A stretch of 64,000 nt of DNA, from assembly GCA_963793265.1 (NCBI GenBank), contig CAWBZI010000006.1, forward strand, positions 992,001 through 1,056,000, given 5' to 3'. The notes below the pieces were generated by a model. It saw only the letters and a program-made list of their open reading frames with translations, was not told the origin of the DNA and ran no database searches. Shown here piece after piece: positions 18,508 to 28,783 of the stretch. The position numbers and the translations under genes were made by a program. Every line of letters starts with the position of its first letter. Within the stretch, counting starts at the first letter, position 1. The stretch comes from an uncultured cyanobacterium (GTDB lineage Bacteria; Cyanobacteriota; Cyanobacteriia; Phormidesmidales; Phormidesmidaceae).

Positions 18508-19194
18508 TGCCGCCTCCCTTGTTTCTTGAGTTTCTATTTGAGCTATCTCAATATTAAACGCTGTTTTCTCTTCGGGCGTAAGCTGCAAGTAAGTATCAAC
18601 AAAGCCAGAGATTAGCTGCACTCTAGCAGGATCTAACTTTAGTGTTACAAGCAAACGTAGGCACTCGGCTTTCACCTTAGGTCGATCTTTTACATTGATG
18701 TTCATTTTGGCCATAAGCGCTGAGGCTACAGGGTTCTGCTTCGTCAGAAAGTCACGCCAATTTAGCTGATTGAGCTGAATAACCCGGTAGTTAAAGCTTA
18801 AGACAGAGAAATCGGGAAAGTCGATTTTGAACTGGTTAGGCGCAGGCAGCTTTGGTTTGTCGTAGGAAAAGATCACGATGGGGTAAACCGGATAGTGATG
18901 TTTTTCGTAAAGGCGGGCGAAGTAGCGGAACATGCGCTGGCCAAAAGCAGCTTTTGAGGAGGACTGATTCTCAATGTGGATAAGGAAGAATGAAGGATTC
19001 CCGCGAAACTGAACTTGAGCGAGTAAATCGGTTTCATACTTGTCGCCTACGGTGACATCGGTAAAGATTTCTTTATCTAAAAACGTGATTGACCCAGGCT
19101 CAAGATAGCTGACAACTTCTGGTAGAAACAGCTCTAGAAATTCTACGAAGAAAGTAGAGAGCAGTTCTTTGAACAATCGGTCATGGTCAATCAT
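18250..19194 (-). CDS. Rpn/YhgA-like PD-(D/E)XK nuclease family protein with DUF4351-type C-terminus
   Basis: HDRLFKELL, DLL...HIENQS, RMFRY, TSW..EG...(EGRQ)n. Confidence 0.85.
   Translation of the reverse strand: MIDHDRLFKELLSTFFVEFLELFLPEVVSYLEPGSITFLDKEIFTDVTVGDKYETDLLAQVQFRGNPSFFLIHIENQSSSKAAFGQRMFRYFARLYEKHHYPVYPIVIFSYDKPKLPAPNQFKIDFPDFSVLSFNYRVIQLNQLNWRDFLTKQNPVASALMAKMNINVKDRPKVKAECLRLLVTLKLDPARVQLISGFVDTYLQLTPEEKTAFNIEIAQIETQETREAAVEIITSWTQEGIEIGRQEGRQEGRQEGAARLMLGMLTKSIGTLPADVHRQVQSLSEDQIQLLSESLSYPATLENLMRCLNRLEVR
18427..18466. repeat. 12-bp coding tandem repeat x3 (RQEG)
   Basis: accttcctggcg three times. Confidence 0.9.
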
Positions 19195-19222
19195 TTTTAA
19201 TCGATGGGTTCTCTATTTCTTT

Positions 19223-20776
19223 TCAATCCCAAAATTCTTGAGCAAAGTTGACTAGCCAGTCTTTGACTCGGTAGGTGGCCTGACAGTCGTCTTCGTTGTA
19301 GCGGAGGATGGTGTTGAGATAGGTGCGATCGCCCGTCCTCAACCAGTCGTCATACCAGCAAATCGACTGCGCCCCGTTCGCGTCTTCATCACGCCACTCA
19401 AACCCCATCCACCGAGCCAAATGCTTCAGCGCATAGCTCTCTACCGGCAGCGCCACCGCATCCACAACGCGCTTATGAATGTCTACAAAGCGATCTAGCA
19501 AAACCTCTATATCGACACTGCCATTGCCGTACAGCTCAGCGAGTCTACGAACTGTTTGAGCTTCATAAGGGCAAAAGTGATAGATCGGAGCGTCTGGGTA
19601 GCTATCGACCAGTGCTAAAAACTCAAACCAGGCTGTTTCTTCAGCGTCAGGTGATTCTGCGACTAGGGCGTGGAAGGTTTCTTCTTTAGTTTCGTTGTTG
19701 ACGACTAAAACGCCGTGAAGATAGATCAGATCTTTGTCTGGGGCCGCTTCGATATCGAAGTAAAGTTCAATATCCGTGGTTGGAACTTGCTGTGGGGTGA
19801 GTAGGAACTTGCCGTTGTGAAGACGTGCGATCGCCTCTCCTGTCCACTGCGCCTGCGCCTGAAAGATCATCTTCTCCGTCACTGGCTGTTCCACATCTAG
19901 CTCATTGGCTAAATGAGTTGGCTGAGCCTGCGCCAACGCCTCAACGGTCGTTAGACCCATGGATACCAGCGTGGGATAGCGCGTTTTAGTCACGCCCGGT
20001 AATAGTGAAAGGTGACTTTGTTCTTTGGCAACCTGATAGCAATGGCTCAGCCAAGGGCACATATCGCAGCGGCTACGAGAGATAAACACCTCTGGCGACT
20101 CAGGTTGCCTCATCATGCCGTCTCGAACATCTAAGCAGTCGTCTAAAGCCTCTTGAAGCTTAGGAACGTAACGCTCCAGATTAACGGCATACTCTCGTTC
20201 TTTCAAAAGCAGCCCGGCCATATCAGGCCATACGCCCTGTGTTTCTGCCAGCACGTAAGCGCCAAAAGCCGAAACAAGCTGATACTCGGGCTTTGGCTTT
20301 TTGCCCATTTTGACGTTGTAAGGCACGTAGTACCAATCGCCCAGCCAAGACTCACCTTTACACTTCACCAGCACATCGGGCTCAGTGCGGTACAAAACAT
20401 CCCCCGGCCCCTGTGCGATCAGTACGCCACGATGGATAGACGCTACGCCTTCAGCCATCATCCTATAGGTCGCTTTAGCACCCGCTTCCCAATCGTATCG
20501 GTCAAAGACAGGACGCTCTAAAGGCTCAAACTGAGTCAGCATGGCGGCTCGATGATCAGCGCTATCTTCGCGGAGCTTTACAAAATAATCGCTGGGCGGA
20601 TCTTTCAGAGCAGCATCCCCATAGCTGTCAAGATATACGCGACGACGACAGCGATGGTAGTTAAAAAGCATGTGGTCGGTAAACCACGCTGGGCCAGATT
20701 CATTATCGTGGTGAAACTGCGGCAGACTGCCTTCGAGCTGCAAATTATCGCGCTGCGCAGTTGACAAACTGACCAA
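19223..20776 (-). CDS. TM0106-family RecB-like putative nuclease with RNase H-like C-terminal domain
   Basis: RCRRR, PDVL..VK, CDMCPW...C, YFDIE, YALK, YNEDDC. Confidence 0.88.
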   Translation of the reverse strand: MVSLSTAQRDNLQLEGSLPQFHHDNESGPAWFTDHMLFNYHRCRRRVYLDSYGDAALKDPPSDYFVKLREDSADHRAAMLTQFEPLERPVFDRYDWEAGAKATYRMMAEGVASIHRGVLIAQGPGDVLYRTEPDVLVKCKGESWLGDWYYVPYNVKMGKKPKPEYQLVSAFGAYVLAETQGVWPDMAGLLLKEREYAVNLERYVPKLQEALDDCLDVRDGMMRQPESPEVFISRSRCDMCPWLSHCYQVAKEQSHLSLLPGVTKTRYPTLVSMGLTTVEALAQAQPTHLANELDVEQPVTEKMIFQAQAQWTGEAIARLHNGKFLLTPQQVPTTDIELYFDIEAAPDKDLIYLHGVLVVNNETKEETFHALVAESPDAEETAWFEFLALVDSYPDAPIYHFCPYEAQTVRRLAELYGNGSVDIEVLLDRFVDIHKRVVDAVALPVESYALKHLARWMGFEWRDEDANGAQSICWYDDWLRTGDRTYLNTILRYNEDDCQATYRVKDWLVNFAQEFWD

Positions 20777-20817
20777 AACCAGAAACTACTTTGATAGCGT
20801 AGCGTACTGAGGCGCTT

Positions 20818-21051
20818 TTAAGCACTAGCTACAACTCTAGGCTGCTGAGCAGATTCGCCGTCTTCAGCACAGTCCGCCAGGTAAATCTCAATCGTCTCTT
20901 CAAGGCTATTTTGAAGTTCATTCACTGTACGACCATAGGCACTTATCACATGGCTTTCGATGTTAACTACGCGCGCGCGTAGTAGATCGGCTTCGCGATC
21001 AATCTCAACATCAGCTACGTAACCCTTATACTCAATTTGGTTGGTCGCCAT
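20818..21051 (-). CDS. HicB-family antitoxin-like protein (short, no adjacent HicA)
   Basis: YKGY.A.VE.D......GRTVNEL....EETIE.YL.DC pattern. Confidence 0.75.
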   Translation of the reverse strand: MATNQIEYKGYVADVEIDREADLLRARVVNIESHVISAYGRTVNELQNSLEETIEIYLADCAEDGESAQQPRVVASA

Positions 21052-21118
21052 CTTCAGTAACCCCTGCGCTATAACAATCTTCTCATGCCTACTTATGAGC
21101 GCGTTATGACTCAGATTC

Positions 21119-22276
21119 CTATCGAGCTAACAGCCCACCACTCAAACGCTTCAGCGCTTTTTGCACCATATCAGCATACTTCAGCTCGCCTGTAAAAATC
21201 TTACCCATCGCTCGCGTAGCTGAAGGCTGATTCAAGATTGCCTTATAGCTCAAGTGAGGCGCGGTATAAAAGGCTTTTGCCAACCTTGCAGCTAGCCGCA
21301 TTTCACTTCCTAGCTCAGTTGCGACAACATGTGTATAGTTTGCCAGCGCCTTAGCATTTCCATTTAACGACCGATCAATCGCTTCAGCCGCCTTTACGCC
21401 CGTAAAGATCGAGGGCCGAATGCCCTCCGCTGTAAATGGATCAACTACGCAAGCGGCCTCTCCAACGAGCAGTGCATTCTGCGCATGTAGCCGCTGATCG
21501 CCATCCCACAAGCAAACAGGATGACCGTGCTTTTGCTCTGCTGCGCCATCAACACCAAAGGCTGCTGCATAGTCCACCATGGGCTCAACTAAGTCTCTTC
21601 CTTTGCGCTGGTTTGTACAAAAAGCGCCGCTGCCGATTGAATAGCCATCGCGCTTAGGAAAATTCCAGACGTAGCCGTTTTTTAATAGGCCAAATTCAAA
21701 GTGGACAATATGTCCGTCTTCGACCGCCATCTTTGGCTCAATCTCGATGGCCCCGGCAGTGCTTGTCTTTCGCTCTGCAAAGCCCAGCCACTTTGCGACC
21801 GGGCCACGTCCGCCGTCTGCTGCGATTAAGTATTTGCCTTCAAAAGTTTCATTCTCGCTGGTGCTTACCTGCCAGCGATCGCTCACAAACTCAATACCCG
21901 TCGCCTTAGTCTCGTCGCGCAAGACCGCGCCTTTCTGCTGAGCCTGCTGCACAATGTAATGATCAAATTCGTTACGCCGCACCATCCAAATATCAGTGCC
22001 CAAGTCAGCTTCTATCACCTCGCCTAGCTTCCAGGTGTAGCGAGCCCGCGTGACCTTTTGAGAAATCACGGGCTCAAAGCTGAAGTCGAACCACTGCGCA
22101 ATTTCGGGAGAAACGCCGCCGCCGCAGGGCTTGTACCTGGGTAGCGAGGCTTTTTCTAGCAGCAGGACGGTGTGGCCTTGCTTACTTAGATGATAGGCAG
22201 CGCTCGCGCCCGCAGGCCCCGCGCCTACGATAATGCAGTCGTATAGTGGCATGTCCCAAGGCTCTTGATAGTCCAT
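21119..22276 (-). CDS. Geranylgeranyl reductase-family FAD oxidoreductase
   Basis: GAGPAG, RYKPCGGG, AADG, GYVWNFPK, DPFTAEGI. Confidence 0.9.
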   Translation of the reverse strand: MDYQEPWDMPLYDCIIVGAGPAGASAAYHLSKQGHTVLLLEKASLPRYKPCGGGVSPEIAQWFDFSFEPVISQKVTRARYTWKLGEVIEADLGTDIWMVRRNEFDHYIVQQAQQKGAVLRDETKATGIEFVSDRWQVSTSENETFEGKYLIAADGGRGPVAKWLGFAERKTSTAGAIEIEPKMAVEDGHIVHFEFGLLKNGYVWNFPKRDGYSIGSGAFCTNQRKGRDLVEPMVDYAAAFGVDGAAEQKHGHPVCLWDGDQRLHAQNALLVGEAACVVDPFTAEGIRPSIFTGVKAAEAIDRSLNGNAKALANYTHVVATELGSEMRLAARLAKAFYTAPHLSYKAILNQPSATRAMGKIFTGELKYADMVQKALKRLSGGLLAR

Positions 22277-22305
22277 ATCAAGTTTACCCGGTACGCGATC
22301 GCTCC

Positions 22306-22887
22306 CTACTGACAGGCCAGCACTATCCGACTGACTGATTCTGCGACAACATCTAAGTTCAGCGCGCAGCTACCCATCGAAGGCGCAGCATAGATCGCTC
22401 GCTGACTACCGCCTGATGGCACTAAAGCAGTGAAGCCTAGCGTGTCGAATACAAGATCGATAGAGTCGCCAGGACACACGCCAGAGGGCGTACAGAACTT
22501 AGGGGAGGTGGCGATAATGTCCCAGACCATTCCGCCTGAGAGGGCGACAGAAATACCGCCGTAATAGAGTATTTCATCTATGTAGGAAGTGGGGCTAATT
22601 TCTCGACTTTTTGGGGGCCCTAGCAGGCTATAGACTTCGGATTCGGTGGTGTTGAGGGTGAGTCCTGAGAGGTTGAGTTCGCCTGCGTAGACGGTACCTT
22701 TTGTGAAAGATTTAGTGAGGGCAGGTTTGCTGGTGGTGAGGTCGGGGAGGAGGGGTGTGGGATCTAGGGCGATCGCAGGAAGTGCGATCGCCATTGCGCT
22801 AACGACGGCACAGAAAAACGGATTCGTTAGCTGACGGCAGACTGTAGATGCAGATGCGGACATGACGCTTGCCTTATGTAGATGCAA
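22306..22887 (-). CDS. Hypothetical secreted protein
   Basis: Signal-peptide-like segment; LGPP and TPSGVCPGDS motifs; start uncertain (22863 possible). Confidence 0.65.
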   Translation of the reverse strand: MHLHKASVMSASASTVCRQLTNPFFCAVVSAMAIALPAIALDPTPLLPDLTTSKPALTKSFTKGTVYAGELNLSGLTLNTTESEVYSLLGPPKSREISPTSYIDEILYYGGISVALSGGMVWDIIATSPKFCTPSGVCPGDSIDLVFDTLGFTALVPSGGSQRAIYAAPSMGSCALNLDVVAESVSRIVLACQ

Positions 22888-22991
22888 TTTATGTCTTTAT
22901 TAATCATCTACGCAACTATACGTAGAAGCTCAACAAATAGTGGTATCTTATCGAACATTGACGTCGCAAAAATGGATTAGTTTCTGATGTT

Positions 22992-23007
22992 TGTGATCTA
23001 GATCATT
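22992..23007. promoter_or_regulatory. Candidate CRP (SyCRP1)-type binding site
   Basis: TGTGATCTAGATCATT, a 14/16 match to TGTGATCTAGATCACA. Confidence 0.45.
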
Positions 23008-23120
23008 GCAATAAGTTAAAACCAATTAATCAGCTCCGCCAATGAAGATTACTGGATTTTAGTGGATGCCGTTCACAATCGGGTTGAGGGGTAACGCTTC
23101 TATTTACAACTATCAACAAC

Positions 23121-23154
23121 AAAGCCCCCGCTGAAATCAATCAGCAGGGGCTTT
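23121..23154 (-). terminator. Terminator of tkt
   Basis: AAAGCCCC.GCTGA...TCAGCAGGGGCTTT hairpin. Confidence 0.75.
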
Positions 23155-23198
23155 ATTAGTCTAGACTTCGCTTGTGCTAAACCGTCTTACAAACTGTC

Positions 23199-25199
23199 TT
23201 ATAGGGCCTTCGCACGAGACACAACGTTATCGATGGTGTAGCCGAACTTCTCCATCACCACGCCACCCGGAGCCGAAGCACCAAAGGTATCTACGGCAAT
23301 CATGTCGCCTTCATCACCGAAGTACTTAGCCCAGCCGAAGCTGCTCATGGCTTCTACAACCAGGCGCTTCTTGACAGCTTTAGGCAGCACAGACTCTTTG
23401 TAAGCAGCGTCTTGCTCTTCGTATAGCTTCCAGCAAGGCATCGACACCACGCGAACTTTTTTGCCTTCGCCACGTAGCTTTTCAGCCGCGTCTTCGCAGA
23501 GCTGAACTTCGCTACCTGTACCGATCAAGATAATCTCAGGCGTACCGTCCGAATCGGACATGACGTAAGCGCCTTTGGCAACAGCATCAATAGATGAGCC
23601 GGGAAGGTTGCGCAGTCCTTGGCGTGAGAAGCACATCAGCGTAGGCGCTTTGCGCTTGTTCACAGCAATTTTGTACGCACCCGAGGTTTCGTTGCCATCA
23701 GCAGGGCGGATGACGTAAAGATTAGGGATAGCGCGCAAAGAAGCGACCGTTTCTACAGGCTGATGTGTGGGGCCGTCTTCACCGAGGCCGATGGAGTCGT
23801 GCGTCATGACGTAGATGACACCGGCTTCGGAAAGAGCAGAAAGGCGAATTGCGCCGCGCATGTAGTCGGTGAAGACGAGGAATGTTGCGCAGTAAGGAAT
23901 AAGGCCGCTGTTGTGCAGGGCGATGCCGTTACAGATTGCGCCCATGCCGTGCTCACGAACGCCGAAGTGAATGTTCCGATTCTCGTAAGCGCCTTTTTGA
24001 TAGTCGCCAGAGATTTTTAGCTCGGTGAGGTTAGAGTGCGTCAAATCAGCAGAGCCACCAATGAGTTCTGGCAAAACAGGAGCTAGGGCATTGAGCGTAA
24101 CTTCAGAGTTCTTACGAGTCGCCAGCGCCTTGTCGTCAGGGGTGTAAGTAGGCAGGGCATCTTCCCAACCGTCGGGTAGCTTGCCAGAGATGAACCGCTC
24201 GAATTCTTTAGCTTCTTCAGCGTACTTAGTGCGGTAGGTGGCCAGCGTTTTGTCCCACTCAGCTTCAGAGCTAGCGCCTTTGTCGATGGCCTGACGGTAG
24301 CGGCTAAGCGCATCTTCAGGGATCTCGAAGAAGTCGTACTTCCAGTCAAGGTTTTCGCGCGTGGCAATGGTTTCTTCGTCGCCTAACATTGCGCCGTGAA
24401 TGCCGCCTGTGCCCGCTCGGTTTGGAGAGCCGTAACCAATCGTCGTGGTCACTTTGATCATGGTCGGCTTGTCGGTGACTTTTTTGGCTTCAGCGATCGC
24501 CTTCTCAATCGCATCCAAATCACTATTGCCATCTTCTACATGCAAAACATGCCAGCCATACGCCTCAAAGCGCTTGCTCACATCTTCAGTAAAGGCAATA
24601 TCAGTAGAGCCATCAATGGAAATATGGTTGTCGTCGTATAGCGCAATCAGCTTACCGAGGCCCAAGTGACCGGCCAAAGAGCAAGCCTCGCCCGAAATAC
24701 CCTCCATATTACAGCCGTCGCCCATGATGGTGTAGGTGTAGTGGTCTACAACTGTGCAGTCAGGCTTGTTGAACTTAGCGGCCAAATGCGCCTCAGCCAT
24801 CGCCAGGCCAACTGCGTTACAAATGCCCTGCCCCAAGGGGCCAGTGGTGACTTCAACACCGGGCGTTTCAAAGTTCTCAGGGTGCCCAGGCGTCGTAGAG
24901 CCCCACTGTCTGAACTGTTTGATATCGTCAATGCTTACGCTGTCGTAGCCCGTGAGATACAGCATGGCGTACTGCAACATGCAGCCGTGACCTGCTGAAA
25001 GCACGAATCTGTCGCGGTTAAACCACTGAGGATTTTTGGGGTTGTGGCGAATGAATTTGTCCCACAGTACAAAAGACATGGGAGCCGCGCCCATGGGTAG
25101 GCCAGGGTGGCCCGACTTAGATTTGTTTACAGCGTCAATTGCCAAAAATCTAATGGAATTTATGCACAGCGTTTCAAGTGATTGAGTTGCGACAGCCAT
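23199..25199 (-). CDS. tkt: Transketolase
   Basis: [41 protein letters not shown]. Confidence 0.98.
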   Translation of the reverse strand: MAVATQSLETLCINSIRFLAIDAVNKSKSGHPGLPMGAAPMSFVLWDKFIRHNPKNPQWFNRDRFVLSAGHGCMLQYAMLYLTGYDSVSIDDIKQFRQWGSTTPGHPENFETPGVEVTTGPLGQGICNAVGLAMAEAHLAAKFNKPDCTVVDHYTYTIMGDGCNMEGISGEACSLAGHLGLGKLIALYDDNHISIDGSTDIAFTEDVSKRFEAYGWHVLHVEDGNSDLDAIEKAIAEAKKVTDKPTMIKVTTTIGYGSPNRAGTGGIHGAMLGDEETIATRENLDWKYDFFEIPEDALSRYRQAIDKGASSEAEWDKTLATYRTKYAEEAKEFERFISGKLPDGWEDALPTYTPDDKALATRKNSEVTLNALAPVLPELIGGSADLTHSNLTELKISGDYQKGAYENRNIHFGVREHGMGAICNGIALHNSGLIPYCATFLVFTDYMRGAIRLSALSEAGVIYVMTHDSIGLGEDGPTHQPVETVASLRAIPNLYVIRPADGNETSGAYKIAVNKRKAPTLMCFSRQGLRNLPGSSIDAVAKGAYVMSDSDGTPEIILIGTGSEVQLCEDAAEKLRGEGKKVRVVSMPCWKLYEEQDAAYKESVLPKAVKKRLVVEAMSSFGWAKYFGDEGDMIAVDTFGASAPGGVVMEKFGYTIDNVVSRAKAL

Positions 25200-25643
25200 A
25201 GCCTTTCTTTTGTAAGGGGACAGTTTTTAGAAGCATTAAAGGTAGAGTGCGATCGCTCTACCTTATTTGAAAGCTCATTGAAAAGTGTTAGTTCAGAAGC
25301 ATCAGTTGGGAGCCATGCTCTCACTTCAACATGAGCATAAAAGTAGGATGAGGTGAGAACTAGCGGTGAGTCAAACGGCAAAGCTTAAGTTAGGTCATTA
25401 TACCTACGAATTTGTAACATCCACGACTGTTTGCAGCAGCTTTGTTTGATACCAGCTTAGCGGTCAGCGATGATACAGACAACGAAAAAGTCAGTGCGCT
25501 AAAAGTACCGAAATCTAGTCATTAAGGGCGCTCAAGCTATGGTAGCAACCAACTTTTCAGCCTTCAAGCACAGATTAAAATGTCTTGAAAACTTGATTTA
25601 TTCGCTAGATTGCTCTGATTGAACGGCTCTATGCTAAATCGCA

Positions 25644-26894
25644 CTACTTATACTTTCTGAAGGCCAGCGTGACGTTGTGTCCGCCAAAACCAAACGAGTT
25701 AGAAAGCGCGACATCTACTAGCTGATCTCGGCTTTTATGCGCCACGTAGTCCAGATCGCAGGCCGGATCGGGATTGACTAGATTAATCGTCGGCGGAACC
25801 TTGCCGTTAGCAACCGCCATTGCCGCTGCAACACCTTCAATACCGCCCGAACCGCCGAGCAAATGTCCCGTCATGCTTTTAGTAGAGCTAACCGTGATTT
25901 TGTAAGCATGATCGCCAAGTACCGTTTTGATAGCCGCCGTCTCGTTAGGGTCGTTTACAGGGGTGCTAGTGCCATGAGCATTTACATAGCTCACGTCAGT
26001 GGGCGATAGTCCACCGTCTTTGAGTGCCATCCGAATGGCCCGAGTCGCACCTTCACCTTCAGGGGCAATGCCAGTCATGTGGTAGGCATCGCAGCTCATG
26101 CCGTAGCCCACTATTTCGGCGTAAATACGTGCGCCTCTACTCAGCGCATGCTCCAGCTCTTCTAAAATTAAGATGCCGCAGCCTTCGCCTAAAACGAAGC
26201 CATCGCGGTCTTTATCAAACGGGCGGCTAGCGTGATCGGGGTCATCGTTGCGAGTAGACATGGCCCGCATCGCGGAGAAGCCACCGAAGGTTAAAGGCGT
26301 GACGGCAGACTCGCTACCGCCACAGATCATCGCTTGAGCGTAGCCGTTTTGAACCAGTCGAAAAGCGTCACCAATAGCGTTAGAGCCTGCCGCACAGGCG
26401 GTCACCGGGCAAGAGTTTGGCCCTTTCGCGCCGACTTGAATAGCGGTAAGGCCAGCAGCCATATTCGCAATCATCATCGGAATCATGAAGGGGCTACAGC
26501 GGCTAGGGCCTCGGTTGAGGTAAATTTCCTGCTGGTCTTCCATGACTTTGATGCCGCCGACGCCCGTGCCGATCATGACGCCAATTTGTTCGGCGTTAAG
26601 GTCGGTGATTTCGAGCTTGGCGTCGGCTAAAGCCATTTTACTGGTGGCGATCGCAAAGTGCGCAAACCGAGCCGAGCGCTTAACGTCTTTACGATCCATA
26701 AAGTCAAGCGGGTCAAACCCTTTGACTTCGCCCGCAATTTGGCTACCGTGCTGTGAAGCATCAAAAGCAGTAATAGGGCCAATACCGCTTTTGCCGGTCA
26801 TAAGCCCCTGCCAGTAAGCCTCCAGGGTATTACCAATCGGCGTTATCGCGCCTAACCCAGTAATGACAACACGCTTTTTCTCTAAATTAGACAT
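25644..26894 (-). CDS. fabF: Beta-ketoacyl-ACP synthase II
   Basis: TACAAG, NAHGTST, KSMTGH, SNSFGFGG; ATG at 26894. Confidence 0.97.
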   Translation of the reverse strand: MSNLEKKRVVITGLGAITPIGNTLEAYWQGLMTGKSGIGPITAFDASQHGSQIAGEVKGFDPLDFMDRKDVKRSARFAHFAIATSKMALADAKLEITDLNAEQIGVMIGTGVGGIKVMEDQQEIYLNRGPSRCSPFMIPMMIANMAAGLTAIQVGAKGPNSCPVTACAAGSNAIGDAFRLVQNGYAQAMICGGSESAVTPLTFGGFSAMRAMSTRNDDPDHASRPFDKDRDGFVLGEGCGILILEELEHALSRGARIYAEIVGYGMSCDAYHMTGIAPEGEGATRAIRMALKDGGLSPTDVSYVNAHGTSTPVNDPNETAAIKTVLGDHAYKITVSSTKSMTGHLLGGSGGIEGVAAAMAVANGKVPPTINLVNPDPACDLDYVAHKSRDQLVDVALSNSFGFGGHNVTLAFRKYK

Positions 26895-27092
26895 AGTTCT
26901 AAAGGGCAACGGGGGCTATGGCTTGCCGCCAAAGATTGTGATTGAAGCCATAGGATCAAATTTTAATTGAGCCATTGGCCACTGACACCTAACTTAGGCA
27001 AGTGTTGTGGCCTTGGATGTACTTACCTTTAACATCTAAATAGACCCCCTTAACTGTGGCCGCAGCAGCAAGGGTCTAATCACGATGCAGCG

Positions 27093-27332
27093 CTAAGCAG
27101 CTTTCGACTTGATGAAATCGACGGCTGCTTGCACGGTGCTAATGCTTTCAGCCGACTCGTCGGGGATTTCAATATCAAATTCTTCTTCTAGGGCCATCAC
27201 TAGCTCAACGGTATCGAGAGAGTCAGCGCCTAAGTCATTAGCGAAGTTAGCCTCTGGCTTTACTTCAGCTTCGTCTACACCCAACTGTTCAGAAACAATT
27301 TTCTGAACCTTTCCTAAAATGTCGTCACTCAT
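27093..27332 (-). CDS. acpP: Acyl carrier protein
   Basis: [23 protein letters not shown] at 27332. Confidence 0.97.
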   Translation of the reverse strand: MSDDILGKVQKIVSEQLGVDEAEVKPEANFANDLGADSLDTVELVMALEEEFDIEIPDESAESISTVQAAVDFIKSKAA

Positions 27333-27684
27333 TACTGTACTTACCTTCCAACAGCGGCAAAAAGCGCAAAAAAATAAACCCAACTTGGAATGTAAGGTGT
27401 AGCGATCGCCACGCTTACAAATCTCCAAATTTAGGTTTCATCATCTTATAGGAAAGCGTGACCCCTCGAAATTTTCTCGTCATCCTGCCGGGTTTGCAGA
27501 GCGCTGCCAAAAGAGAGTAGAGCCTCAGCAAGTATTACATTCCATAAATTTTTACCTATGAAAGTGTCGGATCACCTGTCACCACGGGATAAACTGCGGT
27601 GTGGGTTAGAGTCGCTGAAGGCATCTTAAACAAGCCTGCGCCTCCTCATAGCCTGCAAGAGAGGACTAGCGACACCAAGGCTAG

Positions 27685-27966
<282 letters not shown>

Positions 27967-28080
27967 GCTATCTGTTGAACAAGATTTAAAGGCTGAAGCG
28001 CTGAGTGCCCTAGCAAACGTTTTCTTGTGATGAGGGAAATGTAATAGGCCATTAGTGAGCTTCTTGCTTTTCAAGACTAG

Positions 28081-28130
28081 AAAATCCCTCGTTGAAGTCT
28101 GTGTAGTGACAGATATCAGCGGGGGATTTT
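28081..28130. terminator. Hairpin between convergent psaC and DUF2442 genes
   Basis: AAAATCCCTCGTTGA...TCAGCGGGGGATTTT. Confidence 0.65.
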
Positions 28131-28170
28131 GATTTAAATAAAAATACTTCGGCTAAAGGGGTTTCTCGTT

Positions 28171-28485
28171 TTAACTGGCCGTTGCCATAAGTCCTTTCAT
28201 CCAAGCCTCACGGCCATAGACGCCCGATAGCAGGTCGGCAACTTTAAAGGCTTGATCTAGCTCATCCCATAAAATGTACTGCCCGCCACCATAGACCTCG
28301 ACAGTAGATAGTTGCTGATCTGAAACGTCTACAAGCGGCACCCAACCATCTTGTGACAACTTAACCATCTCTAGCAAACGAACTGGCCAGGCATGTCGAG
28401 AGCCATCATTTAGAGTCACAATCACTTCTCTGGCATCGGCTTTGTAGATAACACTCTTCGCTAGTTTTAAGGCTTCGTTATTCAT
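28171..28485 (-). CDS. DUF2442-like protein (putative antitoxin)
   Basis: VTLNDG....P...VEV.GGG..I.WDELD...V..LL pattern; the 81-codon upstream extension crosses a repeat element. Confidence 0.7.
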   Translation of the reverse strand: MNNEALKLAKSVIYKADAREVIVTLNDGSRHAWPVRLLEMVKLSQDGWVPLVDVSDQQLSTVEVYGGGQYILWDELDQAFKVADLLSGVYGREAWMKGLMATAS

Positions 28486-28529
28486 AGAATTGCTCAGCGT
28501 TGTCTTTTGTTTGAGTGAGTAGAGGCGCG

Positions 28530-28711
28530 TAGTCAAACTAAGGATGAAACATCGCTCACTGCATTGCCCCCCAGCCCCCACTTTGGGGGAGCACCGCTGA
28601 TCCAGAACGTTTTGTTCTCCTAAGCAGTATCGGTTCAGCACGTCTTGCCTCAGAGCCCCAAAGTGGGGACGGGGGCAATGCAGTGAGCTTCGTCTACTTT
28701 CAGTTTGATTA
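28530..28711. mobile_element. MITE-like / REP-like element with long imperfect terminal inverted repeats
   Basis: GCTCACTGCATTGCCCCC (from 28554) pairs perfectly with GGGGGCAATGCAGTGAGC (to 28688); CCCCACTTTGGGG pairs with CCCCAAAGTGGGG; outer TAGTCAAACT pairs with AGTTTGATTA. Confidence 0.7.
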
Positions 28712-28783
28712 GGCCGACCGACCGACATCTACTAACTTTGTAACCTTACAAGGCTCTATCGACTTCGCAAGCGAGATTTCGCA

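Noticed and set aside
17983..21051. Prophage or integrative island at tRNA-Asp
   Set aside because: No integrase and no duplicated tRNA 3' end seen; the accessory genes lie upstream of the tRNA, not at its 3' side.
28486..28728. 81-aa N-terminal extension of the DUF2442 ORF
   Set aside because: It is translated repeat-element sequence; ATG at 28485 fits the domain size.
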